A stretch of 60,525 nucleotides of DNA from contig JANRJA010000049.1 in the NCBI GenBank assembly GCA_033764315.1, forward strand, positions 1 to 60,525, given 5' to 3'. Positions 29,443 to 39,465 of this stretch are shown one piece after another. A model generated the notes under the pieces. That model was given only the letters and a program-made list of their open reading frames with translations. It ran no database searches and was not told the origin of the DNA. Made by a program: the position numbers and the translations under genes. The DNA is from Oculatellaceae cyanobacterium bins.114 (GTDB lineage Bacteria; Cyanobacteriota; Cyanobacteriia; Elainellales; Elainellaceae). Position 1 is the stretch's first letter. Every line of letters starts with the position of its first letter.

Positions 29443-29586
29443 TTAGGATCGTGGATTTAATAACTCCAAATTCTTGCGTAGGATAGGTTAGCGCAGCGTA
29501 ATCCATGCGGTTCAGGGGATTGATGCGTTACGGCTAACGCCTAACACATTCTACAAAAGCCGATGTTATTTAATTCTCATTCCTTA
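29443..29586. mobile_element. MITE-like element enclosing a GTAG-type REP pair
   Basis: Imperfect ends TTAGGATCGTGGATTTAATAAC / GTTATTTAATTCTCATTCCTTA; internal GTAGGATAGGTTAGCG...CTAACACATTCTAC. Confidence 0.55.
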
Positions 29587-29866
29587 ATGGTCTGTTGAGA
29601 CAATTCTTGCAGTTTTTTTGCTGCGAGTTTGAGGTTTGATAGGTCTTTTGCGGGGGAGCGATCGCCCCAATTGAAGGCTGAGTCAGTCCAGTTTTCCATC
29701 TCAATGAAGGGTTCAGAGAGGTCTACTGCTTCAGGGAATGGTTGAGGTGACCAGGGTATTCAGTTTTAGTGGCAGGTGAAGCAAGGTGGTAAGGGCGATC
29801 GCAGGTGATTGATAACGCAACTGCCATAATAGAATACAGACACTACCAGAGTCATATCGTAGCCCT

Positions 29867-30094
29867 ATGTCTCTCCAAGAACTCAAAGAGCAGGTTTTCA
29901 AGCTATCTGTGAGCGATCGTCTCTCATTGATCAGTGCCATTATTGAGTCTTTGCAAGAAAATCCCAGTTTTGCCCCTGACCGAGCTAGAGCTATCAGACG
30001 GATGCGAGGTTTACTGAAAATAAACCAACCAGCACCAACCGATGAAGAAGTAGCTGCAATGTTAGAAGAGCGGCGAACGGAGAAATATCTTTAG
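29867..30094 (+). CDS. Putative antitoxin
   Basis: 75-aa ORF whose stop overlaps the start of the PIN gene. Confidence 0.8.
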   Translation: MSLQELKEQVFKLSVSDRLSLISAIIESLQENPSFAPDRARAIRRMRGLLKINQPAPTDEEVAAMLEERRTEKYL

Positions 30095-30495
30095 TGAGAG
30101 TTTTAATTGATACAAATATCATTCTAGATTTTCTGTTGCAGAGAGAGCCATTTTTTCAAAACGCCGATTTGTTATTTCAAGCCATTGATTCTGGTCGAGT
30201 TGTGGGATGTGTCACAGCGACCAGTCTCACGGATGTCTTTTATATTGCTCGTAAACATACAGGTAGCATTGAGCAAGCACGACAAGCCATTTTAGAAATA
30301 CTGACGGCTCTAGAGATTTGTCCTGTTAATCGAGTTATTTTGGAATCAGCATTTGTTTCTGGGTTAGCTGATTTTGAGGATGCCGTTCAGATAGCATGTG
30401 CTGTTGCTCAAAGATTGGATGCAATCACTACTCGTGATGTTAATTTTTCGAGCACATTGATTCCTGTTTTAACTATTGAAAAAGTTCTGGAATGA
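30094..30495 (+). CDS. PIN domain protein (VapC-like toxin)
   Basis: LIDTNIILD, DFEDAVQ and TTRD. Confidence 0.9.
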   Translation: MRVLIDTNIILDFLLQREPFFQNADLLFQAIDSGRVVGCVTATSLTDVFYIARKHTGSIEQARQAILEILTALEICPVNRVILESAFVSGLADFEDAVQIACAVAQRLDAITTRDVNFSSTLIPVLTIEKVLE

Positions 30496-30543
30496 ATCGA
30501 GTTGGATGGATAGATCAACTCAGTTTCAATCCAAAGAACATCG

Positions 30544-30617
30544 GGTAGTACTCTAAAAGTAATGATTTTTGAGCAAGGATGTGCCGCGCGCTACATCCCT
30601 ACTTGTTTAGGACTACC
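30544..30617 (+). mobile_element. MITE family B copy
   Basis: GGTAGTACTCTAAAAGTAATGATTTT...AGGACTACC; flanks GAACATCG / GAAAATCG. Confidence 0.8.
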
Positions 30618-30839
30618 GAAAATCGTTTGTTTGCTGATAAACAACGCCCCTACTTTTGCTTTGATAAATCGAGATACTCACATCCGATTGTTTCTAGATG
30701 AGTGATGAGTTGAGGAACAGATCGGGAATAAATCACAGCTCACATGAATCCAGGAACAGCGATGCACCGAAGTGTATTGATTAATACTGCTTGCTCGATT
30801 GGTTCAATGGTTTAAACTCCTTTAACTAGATTGGATGCC

Positions 30840-31424
30840 ATGCCTAAAGTTTTAACCTCTAACTTCTTCTGGCTGTTTTATACCGCATGCCTCGTATCTT
30901 TTGCTTTCACCTTGTTCTTTGGATGGGGCTTAATGGTGGGCACCTTATTCTTGATCTTTTGGGTGTTTCGATGCACAGGTATGGAAGCTAAACTGAGCGA
31001 TCGCGAACGGCGACTTTACTGGTTGGCGTTGCTTTTCTATCCACCGATTGAAACATCGGTGCAATGGTTGGGAAGACAAGGGATGATTCCTAATGACTTC
31101 AACTGGGTCAATCGACTAGAGCACGGTTGTTGGGCGGCGGTTTTATCGATTTTATTTCTACCTATCATTTCAGATGTTTGGAAACGTTTGACCCGTTGGC
31201 AAAGCTTGTTATTTGTGGTGGGCTTTGTGTGTTTGTTGGGCAACTTAAACGAGTTTTTTGAGTTTTCCACCCGAGTTCAACCACCGATTGATGAAGCCCG
31301 ATTTGCTCGATTTTATAGTGACACCATCTATGACATGATGATGAATTTGATCGGTAGCGTAGTTGGATTTGGAATTTACTTCGCCTTTGCTTCTAAAGAT
31401 CCGAAGCTGCCTTTGAAGTCTTAA
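30840..31424 (+). CDS. Hypothetical membrane protein (VanZ/DUF2238-like motifs)
   Basis: Multiple TM segments with NRLEH, NEFFEF and DTIYDMMMNLIG. Confidence 0.75.
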   Translation: MPKVLTSNFFWLFYTACLVSFAFTLFFGWGLMVGTLFLIFWVFRCTGMEAKLSDRERRLYWLALLFYPPIETSVQWLGRQGMIPNDFNWVNRLEHGCWAAVLSILFLPIISDVWKRLTRWQSLLFVVGFVCLLGNLNEFFEFSTRVQPPIDEARFARFYSDTIYDMMMNLIGSVVGFGIYFAFASKDPKLPLKS

Positions 31425-31448
31425 TTTTCTCGCTTCCTGTTCAACACG

Positions 31449-31583
31449 ATCATTGTGTTTAGAAACCCTCAATCGGGTCAGTATATTGAAGAACTAACGC
31501 TCAAAGAGGAAATGATAACGCCACTCGTATTTGCAGATATTTCAGTGTCTGTCCAACGATTATTTTCATCAGATTCTGAATAG
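31449..31583 (+). pseudogene. C-terminal remnant of a Uma2/DUF820 endonuclease
   Basis: Manual translation IIVFRNPQSGQYIEELTLKEEMITPLVFADISVSVQRLF; no N-terminal part upstream. Confidence 0.65.
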
Positions 31584-31630
31584 CTAAAAGCTCTTCTTTT
31601 AAGGGTTGAGATGAGGGGCAATGGGTTGAC

Positions 31631-33994
31631 CTACCGATAACACGCTAACCGTTGCAACAGTTGGTTTCGAGTGGTCGCGTTTTGAAGCGATCGCGCCACT
31701 TGCACCGCTTGATTGTATTGCCTTGCCTGGGCATAGGTCAGTGCGATCGCTTCTAACAAACTGCCGCGATCGTTGTCATCGTCTACCGTTAGTCCGGGAA
31801 TAGGGTTGCCTTGCGGATCTTGATCCATTCGCACAACGATCGTCTTCGACTCAGACCCCGGAATGCGTTTAGCGATGTCAAAGGCTTGGGCTAACAGTTG
31901 AGTAGCTCTGGTAGGTTGAGCCGTTTGCAAGTAGCGATCGGCAAGGGTGATCAAAAAGCGGGTTTGGATCTCAGGGATATCGAGCGTGGTGGTTGCCTGG
32001 AGTGCGGCTTCATAAGACCCAGCTTGAATGGCTCGGTTGATGATATGACTTAAGGTGTTGATGCGATCGCTCGATTCTCGTATGGCTTCTGCGGCTTCGA
32101 CTGCTGCGGTGTATTGCCCCGCGTTGAGATATTGACCCACGATTTCGCGCAACACAGAGCTATTGGTAGAGGAATCTGAGAGGGTTGCTGCTAATCGCAA
32201 CACTTCACGGTGCAGTGCGGCGACTCGGTCGATTTGTCCAGCGTTGGCATATTGAATCGCGATCGCTGCTAATCCATCGGCTTGGGTACTGGGGTCATCT
32301 AACGGTTGCACTTGAGCGATCGCCTGAGTGAGCACCCCTTCAGCCGCAGCGGTTTGTCGGTCTTGGAGATATTCCCCAGCGATCGCCGCCAGGGTGCGAA
32401 TGCGGTAGGGATACGCTCCATCATTCGTGATGGATTCTGCAACCTGCAATGCCTGATCAACTTGCTCTGCTTTGGCATACTCTAGGGCGATCGCCTGGTA
32501 TGCCTGGTTTCTGTAGTCTGTAAATTGTGGATCGATCGCTTCAGCCGCTTGTCGAGCCACGTCAAAGTTGCCAGCAGTGGCGGCTTCACGGGCGACTCGT
32601 CCGATCAACTCAGGTTTGTCAAAAGGAGCGATTGCCACCTCCGTTGGAAGTGTCTGTGTTACCTGCAACGCCAGGTCATAATGACCCTGCCGCAGATGGT
32701 CTTCAATCACAGACTGAAACACACTGCTCTGTTGAGAGGCATCATGGATGTTTTGGATGGCTTGAATGGCTTCTTTGAGGGTGTCAGTGGCTGCATCGGT
32801 TTGATTGGCAGTGCTGTAATAGTGGGCGATCGCCATCAGGGTTTGGGCTTGAATGGCGGCATCTGGAATTCTCTGAGCAACATCACGGGCGGCATCGCGT
32901 TGTCCAGATTGGGCATAGTGCTGTACGACTTGTGACATGACGTAAGCACTGCTGTCTCCTGTGGTGCGGCTCTGAGCGATCGCCTCTGCAAATACCTGGT
33001 TGGCCTGGGCAGCTTGTCCGGCTTGCGCCAACCCACCGGCAATATTTGCAAATGCCAAGGCTCTTAGCTCAGTTGTTTGAATGGTTTCAGCAATCAGCAA
33101 GGCGCGATCAAATTGGCTCACCTGCACCAGGCGATCGCTAATTGCACGCAGAGCAGAGCTTTGCGAATAGACCGCCGTTTGAATGCTCTGTGTAGTTTGT
33201 AAGGCTGGCTCGATCTCTCCAGCGGTGGCATAGGCCGTGGCGATCGCGGCTAGAGCATTGGCTTTGCGATTGGGGTCACGGTGGTCAATGGTGTTAGCCA
33301 TCTGACGTGATTGGTTGAGCAATGGTAGTGCGGTGTCAATCTGCCCAATGGCGATGTAACCCTGAGCAATGTTGGTGAGGGCAACGGTTTTAAACTCTCC
33401 TCCTCGAATCGAGTTGGAGGCTTCTAACGCTTGTCTTAAGCTGGTGAGGGTCTGTTCGAGTTGCCCTGTTTGTTGATGCAGAGTGGCGATCGCCAGAAAC
33501 GCCCTGACTTTGGCGGCACTATAGCCCGTGGGTAGGCTTTGCACGAGTTGCCGTGCGGGAGTCAACACCTCTCGAACGATATCCAACCGTTCTACGGCTT
33601 GTGCCTGAGTAGTGATTTGACTTAGCAAACTGGCTTGGGCTGGGGGGCTGACGATCAGTTCTTCGGTCAGGTTGGCGCGAACCGTGGCATTGCTAAGGGC
33701 TTGCACGACTCGCAGGGCTTGCATCATCGTCAGTGCGGCTTCTTCGATCGGACGATCTCTTTGAGATACCCGTGAGGGGTCGCGCAGGGTTTGGCGCACC
33801 TGCTCACTTAATTCTCTGACGGTGGCTTCTGCCAAAGCATCTTGATCCACCGCACATGAGTTGGGTGTAGCTTGGGCTAGCAAACGTGTTGTAGGGCGAT
33901 CGCCCGACATCGCCAGAGATGCCAGATTAAAAGAAGAAACAATCCATAAAATGCCGAAGCATTCTGCAAAACCGTGCCATCCTGATTTATTCAT
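31631..33994 (-). CDS. Secreted TPR-like alpha-solenoid repeat protein
   Basis: Signal-like N-terminus; repeated AL..IA..YA..GQ...A motif. Confidence 0.85.
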   Translation of the reverse strand: MNKSGWHGFAECFGILWIVSSFNLASLAMSGDRPTTRLLAQATPNSCAVDQDALAEATVRELSEQVRQTLRDPSRVSQRDRPIEEAALTMMQALRVVQALSNATVRANLTEELIVSPPAQASLLSQITTQAQAVERLDIVREVLTPARQLVQSLPTGYSAAKVRAFLAIATLHQQTGQLEQTLTSLRQALEASNSIRGGEFKTVALTNIAQGYIAIGQIDTALPLLNQSRQMANTIDHRDPNRKANALAAIATAYATAGEIEPALQTTQSIQTAVYSQSSALRAISDRLVQVSQFDRALLIAETIQTTELRALAFANIAGGLAQAGQAAQANQVFAEAIAQSRTTGDSSAYVMSQVVQHYAQSGQRDAARDVAQRIPDAAIQAQTLMAIAHYYSTANQTDAATDTLKEAIQAIQNIHDASQQSSVFQSVIEDHLRQGHYDLALQVTQTLPTEVAIAPFDKPELIGRVAREAATAGNFDVARQAAEAIDPQFTDYRNQAYQAIALEYAKAEQVDQALQVAESITNDGAYPYRIRTLAAIAGEYLQDRQTAAAEGVLTQAIAQVQPLDDPSTQADGLAAIAIQYANAGQIDRVAALHREVLRLAATLSDSSTNSSVLREIVGQYLNAGQYTAAVEAAEAIRESSDRINTLSHIINRAIQAGSYEAALQATTTLDIPEIQTRFLITLADRYLQTAQPTRATQLLAQAFDIAKRIPGSESKTIVVRMDQDPQGNPIPGLTVDDDNDRGSLLEAIALTYAQARQYNQAVQVARSLQNATTRNQLLQRLACYR

Positions 33995-34202
33995 AGCCTC
34001 TCAAACGGTTCCCTTAGCGGCTGAAGACATCTGACAGGGGAGGTATCAGAGAACCCCTGACAAGATTGTCAGACACTAATAAAACACAAGCCTGTTTTTA
34101 GTAGTGAAATTACTCCAAATATTTTAGGGAGCTAACCCCAAGGGGCAATCGCCCAAGCGTCTATAATCAAGATAGGAATATAAAGTTATGTAAATAAATT
34201 TC

Positions 34203-34877
34203 ATGATTCAACCCAGTTTAGAACAACTCTCCGCTCAACTTGAGAGCCAAGACTCCAAAGATCGGATGTTGGCTTTGGCGGCACTGCGACATGTCAGTGC
34301 TGAAGATGCGGTGCCCTTAATCAAAAAAGTACTCGACGACACCAGCTTACAAATTCGCTCAATGGCCGTGTTTGCCCTGGGCATCAAACAAACTGATGAG
34401 TGTTACGCCATTTTGGTTAAGTTGTTAGAAAATGACCCTGACTATGGCATTCGGGCTGATGCGGCGGGCGCATTGGGATATTTGGAAGACCCCAGAGCAC
34501 TGGAACCCCTGATACGGTCATTTTATGAAGACACTGATTGGTTAGTGCGCTTTAGTGCTGCGGTGTCATTAGGCAATCTGAAAGATTTACGGGCTCGCGA
34601 TGCTCTCATTCAAGCCTTGGATAGCGAGGAAGTGGTGTTGCATCAGGCTGCGATCGCCGCTTTGGGAGAGCTGAAAGCTGTGGATGCAGTGGATCACATT
34701 CTGCGGTTTGCCCAATCCGAAGATTGGTTAGTGCGGCAACGATTGGCAGAGGCATTGGCAAATATGCCTTCTCCTAAAAGCATCTCGGCATTGAAGTACC
34801 TGGAGAAAGACAGCAACTCTAATGTGGCAACCTCTGCAACACTGTCGCTCAAACGGTTGGAGGAACAGGCCGTATAG
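34203..34877 (+). CDS. nblB: HEAT-repeat phycobilisome degradation protein NblB
   Basis: PBS-lyase HEAT repeats (DYGIRADAAGALG, DWLVRFSAAVSLG). Confidence 0.8.
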   Translation: MIQPSLEQLSAQLESQDSKDRMLALAALRHVSAEDAVPLIKKVLDDTSLQIRSMAVFALGIKQTDECYAILVKLLENDPDYGIRADAAGALGYLEDPRALEPLIRSFYEDTDWLVRFSAAVSLGNLKDLRARDALIQALDSEEVVLHQAAIAALGELKAVDAVDHILRFAQSEDWLVRQRLAEALANMPSPKSISALKYLEKDSNSNVATSATLSLKRLEEQAV

Positions 34878-35061
34878 GGAAGAGGCACCTGACCTTGTAG
34901 TCTGACTTTGCAGTGACGGGTGGGGTAGCTGCATGACCCCCCCCCTTAAACCAACCTGGTACTGCTAAAGCGCGATCGCTTATTCTAAAGTATGGGATTT
35001 CAAGACTGGTTTGTCAGAATGGGGAGCATCGGTTGTAGTTGACGAATAAACGATTCCACCC

Positions 35062-37470
35062 ATGAAACAAGAACCTGCTCCTGGTTCTACCCGTATTGCT
35101 CAATCTGGCGATCGCTCTCAACCCAACGACACTGAGGGAGCGATCGCAAAACGGTGGTTTAAAGACGCCGATTGGGGGCGAATCGTTGGCTGGATTTGGG
35201 TGTTAGCCGCCACGGCAGCTACAGGTCTAAATATTGGGTTGGTGCAACTCCTGGAGCGGCAGGTGCAGACCGTTTTTTTTGAATTGCGGGGGCTCGTCAC
35301 TCCACCGCCAGATGTGGTCATTTTGGCGATTGATGAGGAGTCTCTGGCTCAGGGAGAGTTTTTTCGATCTGATCCTCAACAGTATGCAGCACTAGAGCCG
35401 ATTCAAAGTTGGCCGTGGCAGCGAACAGCCTATGCCACAGTGATTGATAAACTCATGGCATCTGGGGCAAGGGCTGTAGGCGTTGATGTGATTTTTTCGA
35501 CGCCTAGCATCTATGGTGAAGCTGACGACCAGCGGTTGGCTCAGAGCTTACAGCATTATGCCGGACGAGTCGTATTGGCCGCTCAATATGTTGAAACAGA
35601 AACGCCGCAAGGCATCACAACCCAACTGACAAGCCCACTACCAGAGTTTTGTGGTGCTTCAGAATGTGCGGGCTTTATTAACTTTTTGGTAGAACCAGAT
35701 GGGCGGATTCATCGATTTGGCGATCGCTTTTTAACCCAACTCATAGAAAATGCACCGCTTGCACAAGTCTCTGTTTTAGAGCAGTTGCCATCGTTTGCAT
35801 CAGCTGTTTTGCAATCTGCTCAGGTGCCGGTTGCTGTTCCCCGCGACAGCTCTATTTTTTTCTATGGGTCAGCTCAAAGCTTTGAGCATGTGCCCTTTTG
35901 GTACGTTTTGGATGCAACAACCTGGAAAAATTATTTGCAATCAGGTGAGTATTTCAGAGACAAAATTGTTCTCATTGGTTCCACGGCTGCTATCCATCAA
36001 GATTTTCAGGCCGCTCCGTTTTCCAAAAGTGTGTTCTATCCCCAGGCTATGACTGGGGTTGAAGTTCACGCGAATGCGATCGCCAGTTTGCTAGAGGATA
36101 AATCTGTTCGAGAAGCCGTTCCACAAATTCAGTTGCGCAGCGTGTTGGTGCTGGTCGGTCTAGTGCTGGCAACGTGGCTATTGACTCGCCCCCAAGCTCC
36201 CTTCCGTCGGTTAGGATGGGCAGTTGCGATCGCGGCAGTCTGGTTGGGACTGAGCTACGGTCTCTTTGTGCACGCACGATTGATTGTGCCCACGGCTGTT
36301 CCAGTGGGGGCGATCGCGCTAAGTGGGTCGTCGCAGCTTGTAGTGGGTACTATTCGAGAGCAAATTAGAAAACAGCAGCTCCGAGCAACTCTCAAACTAT
36401 ATGTGACCTCACCAGTCGTGCAGGAGATTATTAGCCAGCAAGCGGATTTGCAAGATCTTTTACATCATCGAGAATCAATTCTGGCGGGAAAAGTCTTAGG
36501 CGGACGCTATGAAATTGCCAGGGTGTTGGGGTCAGGCGGATTTAGCGAAACCTACGTTGCCAAAGATTTACAGCGTCCTGGCAACCCGCTCTGCGTGGTT
36601 AAACAGTTGCGTGTAGTAAGCGATAACCCAAAAACCTTGAGGCTAGCTCGACGCCTGTTTATTACCGAAGCAGAAACGCTGGAACGTCTGGGGCGACATG
36701 ACCAAATTCCCCAACTGCTAGCCACCTTTGAAGAAAATCACGAATTTTATCTAGTACAAGAATTTATTGCAGGGAACCCCCTAATCAGTGAAATTGGACG
36801 ACGACGATTGCTCCCTGAAATGCAAGTTTTGCAAATCCTCTACGACTTGCTAGAGGTATTGGAATTTGTCCACAGCCAGGGTGTGATTCACCGTGACCTC
36901 AAACCAACCAATATCATTCGACGACAGGCAGATGGCAGACTCGTTTTGATTGACTTTGGCATTGCCAAAAAAATTACAACTCAATTGGCAGCAAGCAACG
37001 GAAAATACACTCAGTTTACGGTTTCGGTTGGCACACCTGGCTATATGCCGGGAGAACAATCTGCTGGATATCCTCAATTCAACAGCGACATTTATGCCTT
37101 GGGAATGATTTGCATCGAAGCCTTTACAGGTCGTCATCCCCATACCCTCAACCAAGACGTCAGGACTGGAACTATCTCCTGGATCACCCCAAATCTGGTT
37201 ATTTCTTCTGAGTTAGAAGCGGTGCTGACCCGGATGATACACCACGACTTTACCCAACGATATCAATCGGTGCAGGCTGTAAAAGCTGACCTTGCTCCAC
37301 TGCTTAGTGCTGTAGTGATTCCTCAAAAAATTGCTGAACAAGGAGATGACCTGCTTGCAGACGAAGGCTCCTTGACCGATATTGGGTTATCCGATACTGT
37401 CGCGTTATCCAACACTATCGCGTTACCCGAAGACTGGGTTGATCTCGATCATGAAGGTTTAGAGAAATAA
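35062..37470 (+). CDS. CHASE2-domain membrane Ser/Thr kinase
   Basis: VVILAIDE, WPWQR, KIVLIG and GVEVHANAI (CHASE2), three TM segments, then GSGGFS/HRDLKP/DFG kinase motifs. Confidence 0.93.
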   Translation: MKQEPAPGSTRIAQSGDRSQPNDTEGAIAKRWFKDADWGRIVGWIWVLAATAATGLNIGLVQLLERQVQTVFFELRGLVTPPPDVVILAIDEESLAQGEFFRSDPQQYAALEPIQSWPWQRTAYATVIDKLMASGARAVGVDVIFSTPSIYGEADDQRLAQSLQHYAGRVVLAAQYVETETPQGITTQLTSPLPEFCGASECAGFINFLVEPDGRIHRFGDRFLTQLIENAPLAQVSVLEQLPSFASAVLQSAQVPVAVPRDSSIFFYGSAQSFEHVPFWYVLDATTWKNYLQSGEYFRDKIVLIGSTAAIHQDFQAAPFSKSVFYPQAMTGVEVHANAIASLLEDKSVREAVPQIQLRSVLVLVGLVLATWLLTRPQAPFRRLGWAVAIAAVWLGLSYGLFVHARLIVPTAVPVGAIALSGSSQLVVGTIREQIRKQQLRATLKLYVTSPVVQEIISQQADLQDLLHHRESILAGKVLGGRYEIARVLGSGGFSETYVAKDLQRPGNPLCVVKQLRVVSDNPKTLRLARRLFITEAETLERLGRHDQIPQLLATFEENHEFYLVQEFIAGNPLISEIGRRRLLPEMQVLQILYDLLEVLEFVHSQGVIHRDLKPTNIIRRQADGRLVLIDFGIAKKITTQLAASNGKYTQFTVSVGTPGYMPGEQSAGYPQFNSDIYALGMICIEAFTGRHPHTLNQDVRTGTISWITPNLVISSELEAVLTRMIHHDFTQRYQSVQAVKADLAPLLSAVVIPQKIAEQGDDLLADEGSLTDIGLSDTVALSNTIALPEDWVDLDHEGLEK

Positions 37471-37785
37471 TCCACCATACGGTTGCGTTTGACTTTTCGG
37501 TTGAGCCAATATACGTGATGTTGAGTGTCATGCTGCTGACTTCAACAGCCATCATTATCCATTTGTAGGAGTGAATTGTGGGTTGCTCCTACTGTGTCTA
37601 TACATGCCTGCAAATTTTGATGGGTATTGCTGAATAGATTGGCAGCTAGTTGAGTCAGGACTCTAGCATCTAAAAATCGACGGGAAATTTTGAGATTTTT
37701 TGTGCCGGACCATAATCCGGATTGCTCAATCGAGTCTCGTAAGAGCGGTTAATCTAGATTTTCACTGATTCTAATTACAGCCTTT

Positions 37786-39348
37786 ATGTTGCGTCAGATC
37801 ACTGCCCTCATCACGACAGCTTTGTTAAGTACAGTGCTACTTGCTCAAGATGCGTACGCTCAAACTGTATTAAATCGTGCTGTGGTTGAGTCGTTGCGCA
37901 ATCGAGTGCAGGTGTTACGGGAAAATCAATCCCCTCGCTTAGCCCAGCGTTTGGATGTGTTAACACCGGGACATGGGGTAGCTACTGCTCGCAATTCTTT
38001 TGCCGAATTGCGCTTTAACGATGGGTCTCTGGGTCGTTTGGGTGAACAAGTTGTTTTTTGGTTTACCGCCAGTAGTCGCAATTTTCGGCTCTCAAATGGC
38101 ACAGTGTTGCTGCTTATTCCTCCGGGGCAGGGTAGGACTCACATTCGCACACCCAATGCGACGGCTGGCATTCAAGGTTCAGCACTGTTTGTGCGCTATA
38201 TTCCTGAAACTGATACCACAGTCATCGGGGCACTGACCGACAGCGGTATTGAAATGATTAACCGTGATGGTACGCAACGACAGCCACTGAGAGGTGGACA
38301 AATGGCTGTGGCGGTTGGCGATCGCATTGAACGCATCTACGATTTTGACTTAAACACTTTCTACGAAACGAGCCAGCTTGTTCGAGGACTGGCTCCTACC
38401 GATGCGTCCCAACCTGCTCTATCGCCTGCAGTGGATGGTCAAACGGACGAAGCGATCGCTCAAGTACAAGCTGAAATGCAGGTAGCACTTCAGCAACAGG
38501 AATCCCTAGTCATTAGCGATGGTCTTGAAAATCCGACATTTGTCCGGCTGCCTGAGGCTTCCTCTGATGACTTTCCAGATACAACATTTACCGCCTTCCC
38601 AGATAACGACCCAGCCCCCAATCCAGCTCTCACTGATTCTGCTTCACGTCGTGGTGAGGATGAGCGAAATGCAGCCATCGAAAATCGTCAAGATGCTATA
38701 GGTGTGCAGTCAGGGTCGCAAAATCGTCTCGATCAAACCATTAATCGTGGCAATGGCAACACTAACGGACGCATTAACCGACCTGGAAATGGCAACGGTA
38801 ATGGGAACGGTAACGGTAATGGGAACGGTAACGGTAATGGGAACGGCAACGGCAACGGCAACGGTAACGGACGACCTGTTGTAGATCGTGACAATGATCG
38901 ACCGGGGAACGGTAACGGCAATGGGAACGGTAACGGCAATGGGAATGGGAACGGCAACGGCAACGGTAATGGTAACGGACGACCTGTTGTAGGTCGTGAT
39001 GACGATGACGATCGCCCAGACAACGGTAACGGTAACGGTAATGGTAACGGACGACCTGTTGTAGGTCGTGATGATGATCGACCGGGTAACGGCAATGGGA
39101 ATGGGAATGGGAACGGTAACGGCAACGGTAATGGTAATGGTAATGGGAACGGTAACGGCAACGGTAATGGACGACCTGTGATAGGTCGTGATGACGATGA
39201 CGATCGCCCAGACAATGGTAACGGTAACGGTAACGGCAATGGACGACCTGTGATAGGTCGTGATGATGACGATCGCCCAGATAATGGCGACAGCAATGGC
39301 AACGGTAACGGTAACAGACGACCCGTTGTAAGGCGTAATGATGATTGA
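37786..39348 (+). CDS. Exported FecR-domain protein with a (Gly-Asn)n repeat tail
   Basis: Signal peptide ending AYA; AELRFNDGS..RLG and IRTPNATAGIQGS (FecR); GN tracts. Confidence 0.88.
   Translation: MLRQITALITTALLSTVLLAQDAYAQTVLNRAVVESLRNRVQVLRENQSPRLAQRLDVLTPGHGVATARNSFAELRFNDGSLGRLGEQVVFWFTASSRNFRLSNGTVLLLIPPGQGRTHIRTPNATAGIQGSALFVRYIPETDTTVIGALTDSGIEMINRDGTQRQPLRGGQMAVAVGDRIERIYDFDLNTFYETSQLVRGLAPTDASQPALSPAVDGQTDEAIAQVQAEMQVALQQQESLVISDGLENPTFVRLPEASSDDFPDTTFTAFPDNDPAPNPALTDSASRRGEDERNAAIENRQDAIGVQSGSQNRLDQTINRGNGNTNGRINRPGNGNGNGNGNGNGNGNGNGNGNGNGNGNGRPVVDRDNDRPGNGNGNGNGNGNGNGNGNGNGNGNGRPVVGRDDDDDRPDNGNGNGNGNGRPVVGRDDDRPGNGNGNGNGNGNGNGNGNGNGNGNGNGNGRPVIGRDDDDDRPDNGNGNGNGNGRPVIGRDDDDRPDNGDSNGNGNGNRRPVVRRNDD
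38787..39345 (+). repeat. Coding low-complexity repeat: (GGN AAY)n tracts alternating with six RPV(V/I)xRxD modules
   Basis: Read directly from sequence and translation. Confidence 0.9.
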
Positions 39349-39465
39349 CCCAACGCTGGCATGAGCAATGGGAATAGCAACGCCAACGGGCAGGTGGCTA
39401 ATCATCTTTGAATGTAGATAGCGGCAGGCACAAGCAGAAACTTTCCCTTCTACCCTGAATGAAAC

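Noticed and set aside
29580..29760. Minus-strand open frame PWSPQPFPEAVDLSEPF...QTIKE*
   Set aside because: Possibly a gene remnant, but I cannot assign a family or a convincing start
38710..39405. Two long antisense ORFs (VTVT- and PLPL-rich)
   Set aside because: They are shadows of the GN-coding repeat on the plus strand
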